Shown in pieces: positions 61,601 through 64,000 of a DNA stretch of 64,000 nt. A model generated the notes under the pieces. It was not told the origin of the DNA. It searched no databases and was given only the letters and a program-made list of their open reading frames with translations. Numbering within the stretch: position 1 is the stretch's first letter; every line of letters starts with the position of its first letter. The stretch is from Fimbriosthenelais zetlandica (Eukaryota): the NCBI GenBank assembly GCA_977030845.1, contig OZ365113.1:13392001-13456000 (forward strand), in the 5' to 3' direction. The position numbers and the translations under genes were made by a program.

Positions 61601-63532
61601 GACACTCAAGGCCTGAGACCTTTCGCTACTGTATTTCAATGTTTTTTCCCTGCTTATTTCAAATGGCTGTGTATGAACAGTAAAGTAGGGACTCAGATCC
61701 ATGCGATTTAGAAATCGGGGGGGAAATGTTTAAAATCATGAGTGTGAAAAACACCATGTTAAGACTCTATAGGAGTACATGATATGACAGGTTATTTTGT
61801 ACAATCATTCGTGATTTAAATAAGAAATATATGAACTACTGGATTCATTGGAATTTATTTGTCGGTGATTTTCTCATTCAATAGACCTGAGCACTCTTGC
61901 CAATGTAGTCACGACGCTTGCAACAATGGGTAAAAACAACAAGCCAGAGTCTCCCAGTCAACAGCCTCCGACATCCAACGGCGAGGCCAACAATGGAGAA
62001 GTGGCCAAGGCCTTTGACACTCTGGCCAAGGCCGTCCAGCCTCAAGGCAACTCTTCAGAAACCCAAGTAAGACTCACATACTTTTCCTTTCCTGTTCATC
62101 TGGTATTTTGTAAGAATATGGATGAAATAGACAAAAATATTTAACCAGTTTTGAAGTGAAACATACCTTTAAGATCATTAGATTCATGAGTGTAACGAGT
62201 AATTTGTTTTTTCAGAACGAATCTGAGAATAGTCTTGATCAGTCAGGACTCAGTGTTGATTCACAGGACAACTCTTTAGTGATGGACTTTGATGGTGAGA
62301 ATCTTTATTGACAAAAAATGAGATCAATCTAGATTGTAATGTTTAATGTCAAGTTAGATTAAATGATGGAAGTATTTCACGATAATGTTTGTTTTCAGGT
62401 CCATTGTTGGTTGAATCCAACTTCCAATTCCAACTGACAACCCCTTCTCCCATGCCGGCCTACCTGAATGTCCATTACATTTGTGAGACTGCATCACGCC
62501 TTCTATTCCTCTCCATGCACTGGGCCCGGGCAATCAGTGCCTTCCAGCTCCTCAGGTAAATACATTGACGAAATGGTCGTTCATTTACGAAGTTTAATGT
62601 GAGACTAGTTTTATGTTCTCTAGGAGCCCAAAATGAATTACTATTGAAATGAAAATCTTTATTGTTCTCATACCCTCTAATATGTCCATATGTCTTATAA
62701 TGCAGTCAAGACACACAGACAACAGTTGTACGGCTGTGTTGGAGTGAACTTTTTGCACTTGGCTTAGCCCAGTGCTCCCAGACGATGAACCTGCCCACTA
62801 TCTTAGCTGCCATAGTCAACCACCTACAGACCACCATCCAGCAAGGGGAAGATGGTATGTTTTACTTTTGTCGGTGAATTGCCTTGGCCACCACAGTTAA
62901 GACACTATTACATTCCTTATTAGAACAGATTTCTAATGAAAACTTCTATTTCAGATTCCCTTACAGATAAGGTGCCGAGTGACCGAGTCAAGCTAGTTAC
63001 AGAGACAATTATGAAGCTACAAGAGTATGTTACCAGCATGCAGCGGCTACAAGTTGACGCCACAGAATATGCCTACCTCAAGGTCCTCACACTCTTCAGT
63101 CCAGGTAACCAGACTCTCCAATAGTTTCAATGGTATAAAGTTTTTCAGTATATGAAGAAGATTTGTTGATTCAAATACTGTATGTTGATGGCATGAACCG
63201 TACCCATTTCAGATCACCCATCTGTTCGTCCACAGCGACAAATTGAGCGCCTCCAAGAGATTGCCCAACATGAACTACAAGAATACGAGATCAGAACATA
63301 CCCTGAGCAGACTGACAGGCTGGCTAAGCTCTTACTCCGTATGCCTGCTCTGAGGCTGCTCAGTCCTGCTGTCATGGAGGAACTCTTCTTTGCTGGTCTT
63401 ATTGGTAACGTCCAAATAGACAGCATCATCCCATACATTCTCCGCATGGAGACGGCCGAATACAACTCACAGATGGGCAACCCATCTCTGCTTACAGACT
63501 GCCAGGAAGCTACAGTCATGATGACTGAATAA
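55700..63532 (+). CDS. NR2C2: Nuclear receptor subfamily 2 group C (TR2/TR4-like orphan receptor, about 667 aa)
   Basis: Exons 55700-55978, 57431-57571, 58500-58590, 58970-59149, 60459-60607, 60851-60977, 61885-62066, 62216-62294, 62399-62555, 62706-62854, 62955-63104, 63213-63532. C4 [31 protein letters not shown]; NR2C signatures [65 protein letters not shown]. Co-ortholog of NR2C1/2 (related to Hr78). Confidence 0.95.
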
Positions 63533-64000
63533 TCCTGACCACAGATAGAGCCCTTAAGCTGGGTACTAGCATGTCCTATCTGGAGAAGGCTCTTGGAGGT
63601 TTGAATATCTCCATTCAATCCTATCACCATTCAGGTACTGCCTCCATTGACTAAGGCAGAATATACCTAGGGAGAAAGCTTGGATGAAGCTGATGAATTT
63701 TCGTTTTGGTGAATCTAAGATCAATTATTGTTGGTCATTGCTGTGTGGTGTGGAAGGCCAGGTTTTGGAGTCAACAGATAGTGACAGTTATTATTGGAGG
63801 AGGGAGAGGGATTCATTGGTTAATGCCCGTCCTCCTCTCTCACACATCTCTAGGCATTTGTACATAACTAAAGTCTGCAGGAACATCTCATTATGTATCT
63901 ATATTTCATATCATCATTTGCGGAGGAATTTATCTTTAATCAGATCTGAGCTGAATATTGATTGAAACAAATATATAGGTAACTTGGATGAGAATCCTTC

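Overview
Intron-rich, AT-rich animal genomic DNA. It looks like a marine invertebrate, probably a lophotrochozoan, but that is an inference. Gene models were built by hand from GT-AG boundaries and checked for exon phase. Left to right: the 5' part of a myristoylation-motif protein with a copper-less cupredoxin-like domain (-); an SH2 + WW-like adaptor behind a cluster of kappaB-like sites (+); a heavily decayed, apparently intronless SF1-helicase-like pseudogene (-); RBM15/spenito (-) head-to-head with BCAP31/29 (+), which has two duplicated, frame-enforced mutually exclusive exons; KLHDC10 (-) head-to-head with ZC3HC1/NIPA (+), which has a U12-type intron and a coding 42-bp minisatellite; a possible unannotated small gene (-); UBE2H (-) with a U12-type intron 1 and a 176-nt N gap in intron 3; and an NR2C (TR2/TR4-like) nuclear receptor (+) whose putative 12-kb first intron carries many AGGTCA repeat elements. 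KLHDC10, ZC3HC1 and UBE2H are also neighbours on human 7q32. No CRISPR arrays, rRNA or intact autonomous transposons were seen. No database searches were run.
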